A stretch of 36,550 nucleotides of DNA from Deltaproteobacteria bacterium (lineage in GTDB: Bacteria; Campylobacterota_A; Desulfurellia; JAGGSF01), in contig JAGGSF010000018.1 of NCBI GenBank assembly GCA_021159235.1, positions 1 to 36,550 of the forward strand, given 5' to 3'. Shown one piece after another: positions 8,497-17,948 of the stretch. The position numbers and the translations under genes were made by a program. The notes beneath the pieces were generated by a model. It worked only from the letters and a program-made list of their open reading frames with translations. It made no database searches and was not told the origin of the DNA. Position 1 is the stretch's first letter. Each line of letters opens with the position of its first letter.

Positions 8497-9306
8497 ATGA
8501 AGGATCCTTATGAAGTATTAGGCGTATCCAGAAACGCAACAGATGAGGAGATAAAAAAGGCATATCGGAGATTGGCACGAAAATATCATCCCGATCTGAA
8601 TCCCGGAGATAAAAATGCAGAAGCGAAATTTAAAGAGATCAACGAAGCATACTCCATTCTCTCTGATAAAAAGAAAAGAGCAGAATACGATGAAGCAGGC
8701 AGATTTACTTTCGATGAAGGATTTAACTTTACAAGAGGAGAAAAAACATACACCCATTACTTTGGCAATTTTGGAGATATTTTTGAAAATATCTTCAGTA
8801 AATATGGATTTGGAGAATATGCAAAGGGAAGAGATGTACACTATACCATAGACTTAGACCTTGAAAACGCCATAAAGGGGAAAATCATCACTTTAAATAT
8901 AGACGGCGAAAGGATAAATGTAAAAATACCTCCATGCGTAAAAAATGGAACAAAACTAAGGATAAAAGAGAAGGGTGAAAGGGGTCCGGGAGGAAGAGGG
9001 GATCTACATATAACAGTTCACATAAAACCTCATCCCTATTTTACATACGACGGAAAAAATCTATATACCACTGTAGATGTTCCCTTAAAAACAATGATGT
9101 TGGGCGGAAAAGCAAAGGTTAGAACACTCGATGGTTTTGTCACCATAAAAATCCCGCCAGGAACACAAAATGAACAGATATTTAAGATAAGAGAAAAGGC
9201 TATACCAGGAGATCTATACGCTACTGCAAGGGTAAAAATGCCTGATAAAATAAGCAAAAAGGGAGAAGAAATATTAAGAAAATTTTTTGAAGAAGAAGGA
9301 TTGTAG
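8497..9306 (+). CDS. cbpA: DnaJ-class co-chaperone without zinc-finger domain (CbpA-like)
   Basis: 269-aa ORF with a J domain ([36 protein letters not shown]) and an HPD motif. It has a Phe-rich linker with only a few Gly and a DnaJ C-terminal beta domain, but no CxxCxGxG repeats. The hspR gene follows directly. Confidence 0.85.
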   Translation: MKDPYEVLGVSRNATDEEIKKAYRRLARKYHPDLNPGDKNAEAKFKEINEAYSILSDKKKRAEYDEAGRFTFDEGFNFTRGEKTYTHYFGNFGDIFENIFSKYGFGEYAKGRDVHYTIDLDLENAIKGKIITLNIDGERINVKIPPCVKNGTKLRIKEKGERGPGGRGDLHITVHIKPHPYFTYDGKNLYTTVDVPLKTMMLGGKAKVRTLDGFVTIKIPPGTQNEQIFKIREKAIPGDLYATARVKMPDKISKKGEEILRKFFEEEGL

Positions 9307-9311
9307 GGAAA

Positions 9312-9656
9312 ATGAAGGAGAAAAAATACTACACAATCAGCACAATTGCACGAATGATAAAGATTCATCCCAATACTTTAAGAGAATATGAAAGAGAAGG
9401 ACTCATATCTCCCAGGCGAAGTGAAGGAAGGATAAGACTGTATACAGACGAGGATATCGAGGACATAAGATTTATCCGCACCCTCACCAGAGAATTAGGT
9501 GTAAACTTAGCAGGAGCAGACATCATCCTGCGAATGAGAAAACAGATGAAAAAAATGGAAGAGAACATCGACAGAATAATACAACTCATCAAAGAGAAAA
9601 TAGACAGAGAATATGAAAAAAAAGATTCTCAAACTATAGAAATAAAAGTGGAATAG
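9312..9656 (+). CDS. hspR: MerR-family heat-shock repressor HspR
   Basis: 114-aa ORF. YTISTIARMIKIHPNTLREYEREGLISPRRSEGRIRLYTDEDIEDIRFIRTLTRELGVNLAGADIIL is a MerR-type wHTH of the HspR subtype. It sits 5 nt downstream of cbpA, the gene order known from the Helicobacter cbpA-hspR operon. Confidence 0.85.
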   Translation: MKEKKYYTISTIARMIKIHPNTLREYEREGLISPRRSEGRIRLYTDEDIEDIRFIRTLTRELGVNLAGADIILRMRKQMKKMEENIDRIIQLIKEKIDREYEKKDSQTIEIKVE

Positions 9657-9683
9657 ATCATTCGTGCAATATGTTGAGCATTT

Positions 9684-10061
9684 TTACTTAAACCCCAAAA
9701 AGAGTTTTACCTCTTCCTCGGGTAGATTTAGTTTCTTTGAAATAGAAGAAATATCGTAGCCTTTTTCTTTCAAATCTAAGATTTCATCCTTTAACCTTTC
9801 CCAGATAGAAAACAGATGTAAAATCATTTCATTTTTCCGTTTAACATCCTCCAACAACTCCTGTCTACTTTTTTGATAATCCGTCACCTCAGATCTCAAT
9901 TTCTCGGCCAAGATGCGCTCCTTTTCCATCAGTTTGTTCATCATATCCATTAAACTCAAGAATGTCACCCTCTGTTTTTTCTGTATAAGCTTATCTGCCA
10001 CTAAATACAATACGATCACTATATCAAATATAGCCTGACAGATGAAAAAGATTTCACCCAT
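9684..10061 (-). CDS. Hypothetical small protein: N-terminal TM helix, charged coiled-coil-like middle, C-terminal HTH-like segment
   Basis: 125-aa ORF whose start overlaps the upstream stop by 8 nt. There is no clear SD. Composition matches the other proteins in the window. The C-terminus is KGYDISSISKKLNLPEEEVKLFLGF. No family was recognised with confidence. Confidence 0.5.
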   Translation of the reverse strand: MGEIFFICQAIFDIVIVLYLVADKLIQKKQRVTFLSLMDMMNKLMEKERILAEKLRSEVTDYQKSRQELLEDVKRKNEMILHLFSIWERLKDEILDLKEKGYDISSISKKLNLPEEEVKLFLGFK

Positions 10062-10893
10062 ATATTAAAATATCCACAAATACAAATACAAACAGCACAA
10101 CACTAATATAACCATTGATGTTAAAGAAAGCAACATTGACCTTACCTAAATCACGGACAAGCATATGCTCATAGAACAGCAGAAAAGCAGATATAACCAC
10201 AGCTGTATAAGAAAAGATGTGCAACCCGCAACAATAAAAAGCAAGAAAAAACAAAAAAATAGTAAAAAAGTGAAACAAACGAGCAACAATCAAAGCTTTA
10301 TCCTTACCCAGGGATACAGGTATAGAATGAAGACCTACCTTTTTATCAAACTCCACATCTTGAAGACTATATAAAATATCAAATCCCGCTACCCAGAACA
10401 TCACGCCCAGGTAAAGAAAAACTATATCTATTCCAAAAGAGGGTTCTGCCGCTATATAGCCACCCAAAGGAGCGAACGCATCTGTAGCGCCTAAATACAG
10501 ATGACATAAAGGCATGAATCTCTTAGTATAGGAATAAGTGAAAATAAAAAAAAGGGCAACGGGAGAAAGCATAAAACATAAGTTGTTTAAAAAAAATGCA
10601 GAAAACTCAAATATGATAATTGAAACAACGGTGAATATCCAGGCATCTCTTACCTTCACTCTGCCTGCTGGTATCTCCCTATCTCTGGTGCGCACATTCA
10701 ACGCATCAAATCTTCGATCTATAATTCTGTTCAAGGTCATTGCCGCTGAACGAGCACTGATCATCGCAACAACGATGAGAAGAATAACCCTTAAAGGAGG
10801 TATACCATGAATTGCCATCAATGCACCCACAAAAGCGAAGGGAAAAGCAAAGACAGTATGTTCTACCTTTATCATCCTAAGGATTTTTATCAT
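10054..10893 (-). CDS. UbiA-family aromatic prenyltransferase (4-hydroxybenzoate polyprenyltransferase / MqnP-like)
   Basis: 279-aa polytopic ORF. The first Asp-rich motif is NRIIDRRFDALNVRTRDREIPAG and the second is DILYSLQDVEFDKKVGLHS, as in UbiA-superfamily quinone prenyltransferases. Confidence 0.85.
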   Translation of the reverse strand: MIKILRMIKVEHTVFAFPFAFVGALMAIHGIPPLRVILLIVVAMISARSAAMTLNRIIDRRFDALNVRTRDREIPAGRVKVRDAWIFTVVSIIIFEFSAFFLNNLCFMLSPVALFFIFTYSYTKRFMPLCHLYLGATDAFAPLGGYIAAEPSFGIDIVFLYLGVMFWVAGFDILYSLQDVEFDKKVGLHSIPVSLGKDKALIVARLFHFFTIFLFFLAFYCCGLHIFSYTAVVISAFLLFYEHMLVRDLGKVNVAFFNINGYISVVLFVFVFVDILIYG

Positions 10894-11434
10894 ACTTCCT
10901 GAAATAGGATATAAAATACATCGCGCCGGAAATTAAAGTCAAAATCACCACCAGGTGGAATAGATATAATCCATATATCTTAAATTTAGATAAGAGTAAC
11001 AATATACAAATAAGCTGCAGAGCAGTCTTCCATTTACCCGCCCACTTTGCTTCCAATGTCACTCTCTCAACAGCCATACTCCTCAAACCAGTTACAGAAA
11101 GCTCCCTAACTATAATAAGAATGACCTCCCAGAATGGAATGTGAATGGTTTCTATCATTGCTATGAATATGGAACATATGAGAATCTTGTCAGATAAAGG
11201 ATCAAGAAATTTCCCCACCTCAGTGACCAGTTTCATTCTTCTGGCAATCAAACCATCCAAAACATCGGTGGCACCGGCAACAAGAACGAGCAATATAGCA
11301 ACAGTATTGGAAAAATCAGTATCCGTATAAATACAGATGACTATTGGTACAGTCAAAAATACTCTTGATAAGGAAAGAATATTGGGAAGATTATTTGTGA
11401 ATGGTTTTGAGAAATTCTCTCGCATCTTTGTCAT
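10877..11434 (-). CDS. pgsA: CDP-diacylglycerol-glycerol-3-phosphate 3-phosphatidyltransferase (CDP-alcohol phosphatidyltransferase family)
   Basis: 185-aa ORF with NILSLSRVFL at the N-terminus. The signature D-G-x2-A-R-x8-G-x3-D-x3-D is present as DGLIARRMKLVTEVGKFLDPLSDK. The start is uncertain (ATG 11434 or 11425, neither with an SD). Confidence 0.85.
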   Translation of the reverse strand: MTKMRENFSKPFTNNLPNILSLSRVFLTVPIVICIYTDTDFSNTVAILLVLVAGATDVLDGLIARRMKLVTEVGKFLDPLSDKILICSIFIAMIETIHIPFWEVILIIVRELSVTGLRSMAVERVTLEAKWAGKWKTALQLICILLLLSKFKIYGLYLFHLVVILTLISGAMYFISYFRKYDKNP

Positions 11435-13034
11435 CTGGCTTAATCTTTAAAATTCTTTTTACCATATCCATTGCCTCTTTTTTTCTGTTCAACTTTACAT
11501 ATACCTTAGCTAAGTGTAACATAATAACAGGTTCATCTTTAACTATTTTCAATGCCTTCTCCAAATACTCCAGCGCTTTTTTATAATCATCCTTTTTGTA
11601 ATAACCCCAACCCAAACTATCCAGATAATATCCATTATCAGGAGAAATACTCAATGCCTTTTCTACCAGCTTCATGCCCTTATCTACATCTATATCCTCA
11701 TCTATATACAGATAACCCAAGTAATTCAAAGCAGAAGCATTAAGCGGGTCCATACTCAATACCTTATTGAGATAATCAATACTCTTTCTTATATCATGCA
11801 AATCTACATAATACACATCCGCTAAGTAATATGGAAAGTTCACATCAAGGGGAATCCTGCTCATTCCCTCTTTTAAAACATCCACAACCTTCAACCAGTT
11901 CTTTTTTTCCTCATATAAAGAAACAAGCGAAAAATACAACCCGCTATCTAAGGGCTTTAATTTTATAGCTTTATTTAAGACTTCAATGGCCTTCTCCACC
12001 TTTCCCTCTTTTTTATATATATCTACAATTCTCTGCACACCCAAAGAGTAAAAATCACTGCCTACCTTTATATAAGAGAAAAATTTTAGTGCCTGTGGAT
12101 AATCTTTCTTAAGATAATGAGCCAAGCCCAAAAAGTAATCTATGCGATCGTTTTCTCCAATCTTTCGCACCGTGTTCAGCACATCAATGGCTTTTTTATA
12201 TTTCCCTCTTTTAATGTACAGTATGCCCAACCTCTCCATAACATCTATATTTTCTCCATGTTTAAGAATCTGGTGGTACATTTTTTCTTCCTTTTGCGGC
12301 ATATTCAACTTTTCATAAGCCCGTGAAAGTTCAATCAATAAAGGCAGCTTATCTCTCACCTTATCCAGGGCACATTCATAAAAAGAAACCATCTCTTTTA
12401 ACTTGCCCTCCTCCATATATATATCCCCTACTAAAAGGGCCAACTTGGCTGACTGCCTATTCAAGCTGTATGCTTTTTTAGCATAAAAAAGAGCTGTTTT
12501 GTAAAGATGTTCCTCCTTGTATTCCAAGGCAATGTAAAAAAGCAGTGAGGTATCATCAGGATTAAAAGACAATCCTTCTCTCCATATCTTTAAGGCTTTT
12601 GCAACATCTCCCCTGCTCACAGTGATAAGCCCCCACCTCAAATATATATCCGCATCATGAAACCTGTGGGATGCATCACGAAGCACACAAATAGATTCAT
12701 CAACCCTTGAAAGCTGCAGGAGTAAATCTGATAGCAAAAGATAGGCAGATTTCCTATTCGGATCTATATCAATAGCCATTTTTAAAAGGTGGATACTCTT
12801 TTCAGGATCTTCTCTTGCTAAAAGCCTTGCATATTCTTCATAAAAGAGCGGATTTTTGCTATTTCTTACCATCCATTCATACTCTGCTTTTGCCCTATTT
12901 ATGTTATGTTTATTTATATAAACATGAGCAAGCATATAATGGTAATAAAGGGAGGATGAAGGGTATGTTTTTATCTGAGGCGTAGTACATGCACACAGAG
13001 AAAAAAGCATAAACAACAAAACTATCTTTTTCAC
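11391..13034 (-). CDS. TPR-repeat lipoprotein
   Basis: 547-aa ORF with a GTG start overlapping the uvrC stop (GTGA) and a GAGGGA SD. The signal peptide MKKIVLLFMLFSLCAC has a lipobox-like Cys. About a dozen 34-residue TPR-like repeats follow (A..Y...G..Y...g.y..A...). Confidence 0.8.
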   Translation of the reverse strand: MKKIVLLFMLFSLCACTTPQIKTYPSSSLYYHYMLAHVYINKHNINRAKAEYEWMVRNSKNPLFYEEYARLLAREDPEKSIHLLKMAIDIDPNRKSAYLLLSDLLLQLSRVDESICVLRDASHRFHDADIYLRWGLITVSRGDVAKALKIWREGLSFNPDDTSLLFYIALEYKEEHLYKTALFYAKKAYSLNRQSAKLALLVGDIYMEEGKLKEMVSFYECALDKVRDKLPLLIELSRAYEKLNMPQKEEKMYHQILKHGENIDVMERLGILYIKRGKYKKAIDVLNTVRKIGENDRIDYFLGLAHYLKKDYPQALKFFSYIKVGSDFYSLGVQRIVDIYKKEGKVEKAIEVLNKAIKLKPLDSGLYFSLVSLYEEKKNWLKVVDVLKEGMSRIPLDVNFPYYLADVYYVDLHDIRKSIDYLNKVLSMDPLNASALNYLGYLYIDEDIDVDKGMKLVEKALSISPDNGYYLDSLGWGYYKKDDYKKALEYLEKALKIVKDEPVIMLHLAKVYVKLNRKKEAMDMVKRILKIKPDDKDAREFLKTIHK

Positions 13035-14827
13035 GACACTTCCCTCAATCTTTCAATCAGGAAGCAGGCTTGTTTTACACTCATTTTTCCAACCTTAGCT
13101 ACCTTACTACAATCTGCCTTAGCAATGGCCTCTATACTGCCGAAATATTCCAAGAGCAACCTTTTTCTGGTCTGAGATATTCCTTCAATTCTATCTAATA
13201 AAGAAGTGAGCATCATTTTTCTCCTCCTGGTACGATGAAAACTCAATGCAAATCTATGCACCTCATCCCTCAGCTTTTGAAAAAAACGCAAGACATCATC
13301 CTCTACATCTATTCTACCTCCTTTCGCATAAATCCTATCCAGAACATCCCCCCTTGCTCTTCTTACTCCACCATCTATTCTCTCCTTAGCAATACCTATT
13401 ACAGAAATAGAAGGAGGAACAACTCCTCTTACCACATCCACATGCATCTTTCCTCCATCTACCAAGATCACATGTGGCATTTCCCTTCCCTCTTCTCTAA
13501 TATTCTTTATATGCCTCATCGCAAGCTCATGCATCCAATCCAGATCACATACCCCTTTCTCCATACTAAAACGCCTGTACATATCCTTGACAAATCCCTT
13601 ATTGTATCTTATGCTTGCGCCTGCTACATTCGTTCCTCCAATATGGGAAACATCAAATACATCAAATATATAGGGAACCTTCTTTAAAGATAAACACTTC
13701 TTTACCTTCTCTAATATTAAATTTTCTCTATCTGCACCTTTAAGATAAAGCTGAAGATTTGTTCTGGCATTCTCCTTACTTTTTCTTAAGAGACTCAATT
13801 TATTACCTCTCCTGGGTACAACCAATTTTGCATTCAACAGCTCCTGCATCACCTCTCTCTTTGCCAACCCATCTGTCAAAATTTCCTTCGGGACAAACTC
13901 ACCCCTTAAATAATACTGCACAATAAAATTTTCCCTTGTCTCAAGGGAATCATCCACATTCTCCAAAAAAAATGAGCGATTGGCAGTGATGTTCCCGCCT
14001 CTAATCGAAAGAACATTAGCACACAGAACACCATTTTCATAGGCAAAACCTACAACATCTGCCATATAGTTCTTCATTCTCACAACTTCTTGCTCCTCAT
14101 AAAAAAGCCTGACCGCATCTATCCTATCCCTCAATCTCGCGGCCTTCTCAAACTCTAAATTCTCCGCACACTTTTTCATATCCTCCCTTAACCTCTTAAC
14201 CAGTTCTTCTCCATTCCCCTGCAAAACCAGCTTTAATTCTTCCACCAACTTCCAATAATCCTCTTTGCTGATCTTTCCACAACAAGGAGCAGAACACAAA
14301 CCCATCTGATAGTAAATACACGGTTCTTTCCTATTTAAGCAAAAACTGGTTCTCCTCTGAATTATGGGAAATATTTGCCGTAAAACCCTTAACATTTCTC
14401 TCAATTTCTTTACAGGGGTGATAGGTCCAACATAGAGGTCACCCTTCTCTTCTACACGCCGAGCTAAGGTAAGAGAGGGAAATTCCTGAGACAGTGTAAG
14501 TCTCAGGTAAGGATAGCTCTTATCATCTTTTAAAACAATGTTGTATGCAGGACGATATTGCTTGATGAAACTGCATTCCAGCAGATACGCCTCTTTCTCT
14601 TCTTCCACTATCACCACCTCTACTTCTCTCGCTTCCCTTATCATTGCCCTCTTAAATGGTGAAAGTTTTTCTAAGTGAAGGTAGGAAGATATACGCTTTC
14701 TCAAATTCTTGGCTTTCCCCACATAGATTACTTCATCTTCCCCATTCCTTACAAGGTAGACTCCCGTTTTCTGCGGTATATTTTGAAGCTGGGTTTTGTC
14801 ATCAAATATATTCAGTCTTATGCCCAT
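13031..14827 (-). CDS. uvrC: Excinuclease ABC subunit C
   Basis: 598-aa ORF with an N-terminal GIY-YIG domain (GVYLVRNGEDEVIYVGKAKNLRKRISSY). It also has a UVR motif (LEFEKAARLRDRIDAV), an endonuclease-V-like domain and a C-terminal HhH region. Confidence 0.95.
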   Translation of the reverse strand: MGIRLNIFDDKTQLQNIPQKTGVYLVRNGEDEVIYVGKAKNLRKRISSYLHLEKLSPFKRAMIREAREVEVVIVEEEKEAYLLECSFIKQYRPAYNIVLKDDKSYPYLRLTLSQEFPSLTLARRVEEKGDLYVGPITPVKKLREMLRVLRQIFPIIQRRTSFCLNRKEPCIYYQMGLCSAPCCGKISKEDYWKLVEELKLVLQGNGEELVKRLREDMKKCAENLEFEKAARLRDRIDAVRLFYEEQEVVRMKNYMADVVGFAYENGVLCANVLSIRGGNITANRSFFLENVDDSLETRENFIVQYYLRGEFVPKEILTDGLAKREVMQELLNAKLVVPRRGNKLSLLRKSKENARTNLQLYLKGADRENLILEKVKKCLSLKKVPYIFDVFDVSHIGGTNVAGASIRYNKGFVKDMYRRFSMEKGVCDLDWMHELAMRHIKNIREEGREMPHVILVDGGKMHVDVVRGVVPPSISVIGIAKERIDGGVRRARGDVLDRIYAKGGRIDVEDDVLRFFQKLRDEVHRFALSFHRTRRRKMMLTSLLDRIEGISQTRKRLLLEYFGSIEAIAKADCSKVAKVGKMSVKQACFLIERLREVS

Positions 14828-15882
14828 AGAACCTTCCTATACACATCCACATATCTTTTTACCATCTCTTGAGGTGAAAAGAGATGAACCCTCCTTTTGC
14901 CTGCCTCAACAAGCATATCCCTCAATCTTTCATCTTTAAACATGCGTTCTACAGCATGAAAAATGGCCGATGCATCGTTGGGAGGAACAATAAGACACGC
15001 CCCTTCGCCTATCTCTCTTATTCCCCCTACATCCGTAGCTACAACGGGAACACCAAACCAGAATGCCTCCTTTAATACTGCAGGTGAACCCTCTCCCTCC
15101 GTAGAACTGATCACCACCACATCCGCAGCAGAATAAAGTTTTTCCACCCCATCCACAAAGCCCAGCAGATAAACGTTGTTCAGTCTTTTCTTTCTTATCA
15201 TCCTCTGCAATGCATCTCTGTTGCCATCTCCAGCAACCAAAAGATAAAACCCTTTACCTAAGAGAGCAAAGGCATCCAGCAAGATTTTCTGTCCCTTCAT
15301 GGGTAAAATGTTTCCTACATTCAATATTACCCTCCCATCTGCAGGCAATCCCAGCTTTTCCCTTGCCACTTCTTTTGGAATATTGCTTTTTTTAACATCT
15401 ATTGCACTATGTATGACATACAATTTTTTATCCTCGATAAAAGAAAAATTATCCTTAATAGACGAACAAACACAAACCACAGCATCGTGTAATCTGTATT
15501 TTATCTTTTTAAAAAATCCCTTTACCTTATAACTAACCCTTCTGGTATGCATCGTCTTTATTCCCCAAAGCTTTAAAAAAGCAGAATAAAAAGCACCATG
15601 AGCAGTATGGGAATGAACAATGGAAAAATTTCTCTTTTTTACAAAGGATAAAACCCCAATTGCACTCTGGAGATCCCATTCTCCTCTAAAAGGAAAGGTA
15701 ACACATTCAAACTCATTTCCTATTCTTTCTCTCCACAAAGCACCTTTTCTCAAAGCAAATACACTTTCTATATTTTCCCTTCTCAATCCCCTTGCCAGAG
15801 TTAGGGCCTGCTTCTCACCCCCACCAAACCTCTCCTCCGTATCTATATGCAGAACACTAAATCTTTCTATACATGCTGCCAT
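14818..15882 (-). CDS. Glycosyltransferase family 4 (GT-B, group 1)
   Basis: 354-aa ORF with N-terminal GGGEKQ and a C-terminal EGEGSPAVLKEAFWFGVPVVATDVGGIREI motif (E-x7-E type). Confidence 0.85.
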   Translation of the reverse strand: MAACIERFSVLHIDTEERFGGGEKQALTLARGLRRENIESVFALRKGALWRERIGNEFECVTFPFRGEWDLQSAIGVLSFVKKRNFSIVHSHTAHGAFYSAFLKLWGIKTMHTRRVSYKVKGFFKKIKYRLHDAVVCVCSSIKDNFSFIEDKKLYVIHSAIDVKKSNIPKEVAREKLGLPADGRVILNVGNILPMKGQKILLDAFALLGKGFYLLVAGDGNRDALQRMIRKKRLNNVYLLGFVDGVEKLYSAADVVVISSTEGEGSPAVLKEAFWFGVPVVATDVGGIREIGEGACLIVPPNDASAIFHAVERMFKDERLRDMLVEAGKRRVHLFSPQEMVKRYVDVYRKVLWA

Positions 15883-16948
15883 ACAACTTTGCTCTAAATT
15901 TATTTGAATAAAGCCTGATGCGAGACTTAAACCAGTTTAAGTCTTTCTTCCACACATTAAATCTCTTTATAAAACGCACATCATCACCTGGCGAATTGGA
16001 ACCAGGCTTAGTAGTAAATAGATACCTAAATCCTACTTCACATGCTACCTTTACACTCAAATCATCATACGCTCCCCAGGGCCAGCTGAATGCAGAACAT
16101 CTCTTCCTGAGTTCCCCTTCTATTTCCCCCTTTCCTATGAAAAGTACACTTTTTATCCTCTGACATCTCTCTTCATCCGTCTCCATTCTTCCTATCTTCC
16201 CATACCTTTTCCTATAATCTTCCACTATATTTTCCAGTTTTTCCTTCCACCTATCCTGCTTAAAGAAATTCACATAACCATTCTTCAATACATATTCAGC
16301 CAGCTCATCATTCAGTGATCTGTCAACAATAAAACGATTATTTGCCAATTCTGGTTTCCTTAAAAAATTGAGTGTCCCGTAACGTTCATCACCATCTACA
16401 TTCTCCCATATGCTATTTTTCCTTCTGGGTTGATTAAAACCCTTAATCTTATCATCTGCATAAACCTTGCGATGACGCTTAGTATGAGACTGCACATCAA
16501 AGACGGTTTTGTTCATTTCTCTCACTTCTTCCCAGCACAATCTTCGCTCGGTCTTTACGGGGTAACCATCCACCACACTCCAGGTGGAGATGCAGGGAGA
16601 CAAATTCTCCTTCTTTATTCTCCCCTCCCATACATCCTGCAGATTGAAACTGGTGGTTGTCTCTTCCTCCACCATCCATGTAGCCAGGAAAAGTATGGCT
16701 TTAAAATTATACTTTTTAAGCAAGGGATAGGCGTAAACCCAATTGTCTAAATAACCATCATCAAATGTAATACACACCGCCTTCTGCCAATCTTTTTTCC
16801 CTTCCTTCATATATAGGGCAAGCTCTTCCAACCCAATAGACCTATAACCTTCTTCTTTCAGAAACTTCAACTGTTCTTCAAAAAGCTCAGGCGGAATCCC
16901 TTCCTCATTTATATGATGATACAGAAGAACAGGAATGCTGGTTTGCAT
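15857..16948 (-). CDS. Polysaccharide deacetylase (CE4 / NodB-homology) with large internal insertion
   Basis: 363-aa ORF with PVLLYHHI, TFDDGY (aa 61-66), SHTKRH (aa 154-159) and FSWPWGAY (aa 287-294). A strong SD AAGGAGGT lies 8 nt before the ATG at 16948, inside the upstream gene. Confidence 0.8.
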   Translation of the reverse strand: MQTSIPVLLYHHINEEGIPPELFEEQLKFLKEEGYRSIGLEELALYMKEGKKDWQKAVCITFDDGYLDNWVYAYPLLKKYNFKAILFLATWMVEEETTTSFNLQDVWEGRIKKENLSPCISTWSVVDGYPVKTERRLCWEEVREMNKTVFDVQSHTKRHRKVYADDKIKGFNQPRRKNSIWENVDGDERYGTLNFLRKPELANNRFIVDRSLNDELAEYVLKNGYVNFFKQDRWKEKLENIVEDYRKRYGKIGRMETDEERCQRIKSVLFIGKGEIEGELRKRCSAFSWPWGAYDDLSVKVACEVGFRYLFTTKPGSNSPGDDVRFIKRFNVWKKDLNWFKSRIRLYSNKFRAKLYGSMYRKI

Positions 16949-17948
16949 ATTGCGATACCTCCTTTACTTTATCAAAAACATCATCCACTGGAACCATCTT
17001 CATGCACTGGTAGTTTTCTTTACACACATCTGTTCCATGAAGTGAACAGGGACGACACGGTAAGTCCACCTCCGCTATCCTTACCTCTTCACCACGAGGA
17101 CAGAAACCAAAATCAGGCACTGTAGGACCGAATATAGCCACCAGTGGAATGCGAAAAGCATTAGCTATATGCATCAAACCAGAATCATTGCTTACAAAGA
17201 GATTCATGAAACTGATCAATGCCATCACCTCTTTTATCGTCAATCTACCCATAAGGTTGTATATTCTGCGGGGGCACACAGCTTCAATTTCATCACCTAT
17301 CTCTCTATCTTCTCCAAACAAAAACAAAACCGCATCCTTATTCCAGGAAAGGATCCTTTCAGCCAGTGCACTGTATTTATCTGTTCCCCACATCTTCGTC
17401 TTCCACCTGCTATCAGGTGCAAAACCCACTAAAAATCTGTGTTTGAAGTGTTTGTCTATCATCTCTGACACACTTTTTTCCACATCCTTATCCACAAATA
17501 GACGAGGGAAAACCCTCTTATTCTGAATGCCTAAAAGAGACAGCTGCCATTCAATCACTCCACCTGAAGGCTTTCTAACAGAAAATAATCTTAAAACCCT
17601 GTTTCTTTTTATCAAGGAAAGTCTGAACAAGGTATGTTTACACACATGCAAATATCGCCGCTTCTTTATTAAAAGAGAAAAGATTTTACTCCGCAAAGAG
17701 CTGTGCAGGTCAAACACAATGTCGAATCTTTCTCTTCTCATCTTCCTGACCAGAGAAATTACAGATTCATCCTCCTCCAAACATACAATACGATCAACAA
17801 AAGGACTATCCTCTATCACATCCTTGTATTTACATTTTGTTACATAGGTGACAGATGCATCCGGATATATCTTTTTTAAACAGTGAACGAAGGCTGTAGA
17901 GAGTACCACATCACCCAGCGAACTAAAGCGAACGACGAGTACCTTCAT
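16905..17948 (-). CDS. Glycosyltransferase family 9 (LPS heptosyltransferase-like)
   Basis: 347-aa ORF with MKVLVVRFSSLGDVVLSTAF, NDSGLMHIA, VAIFGPTVPDFGF and CRPCSLHGTDVCKENYQCM. It is a tandem paralogue of the next gene. Confidence 0.85.
   Translation of the reverse strand: MKVLVVRFSSLGDVVLSTAFVHCLKKIYPDASVTYVTKCKYKDVIEDSPFVDRIVCLEEDESVISLVRKMRRERFDIVFDLHSSLRSKIFSLLIKKRRYLHVCKHTLFRLSLIKRNRVLRLFSVRKPSGGVIEWQLSLLGIQNKRVFPRLFVDKDVEKSVSEMIDKHFKHRFLVGFAPDSRWKTKMWGTDKYSALAERILSWNKDAVLFLFGEDREIGDEIEAVCPRRIYNLMGRLTIKEVMALISFMNLFVSNDSGLMHIANAFRIPLVAIFGPTVPDFGFCPRGEEVRIAEVDLPCRPCSLHGTDVCKENYQCMKMVPVDDVFDKVKEVSQYANQHSCSSVSSYK

Noticed and set aside
9657-9683. Intrinsic terminator between the convergent hspR and the last array ORF
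   Set aside because: Only 27 bp are available. The best stem is 3 bp (TGC...GCA) before a T5 run, too weak to call. In general I found no convincing stem-plus-U-tract terminators in the window.
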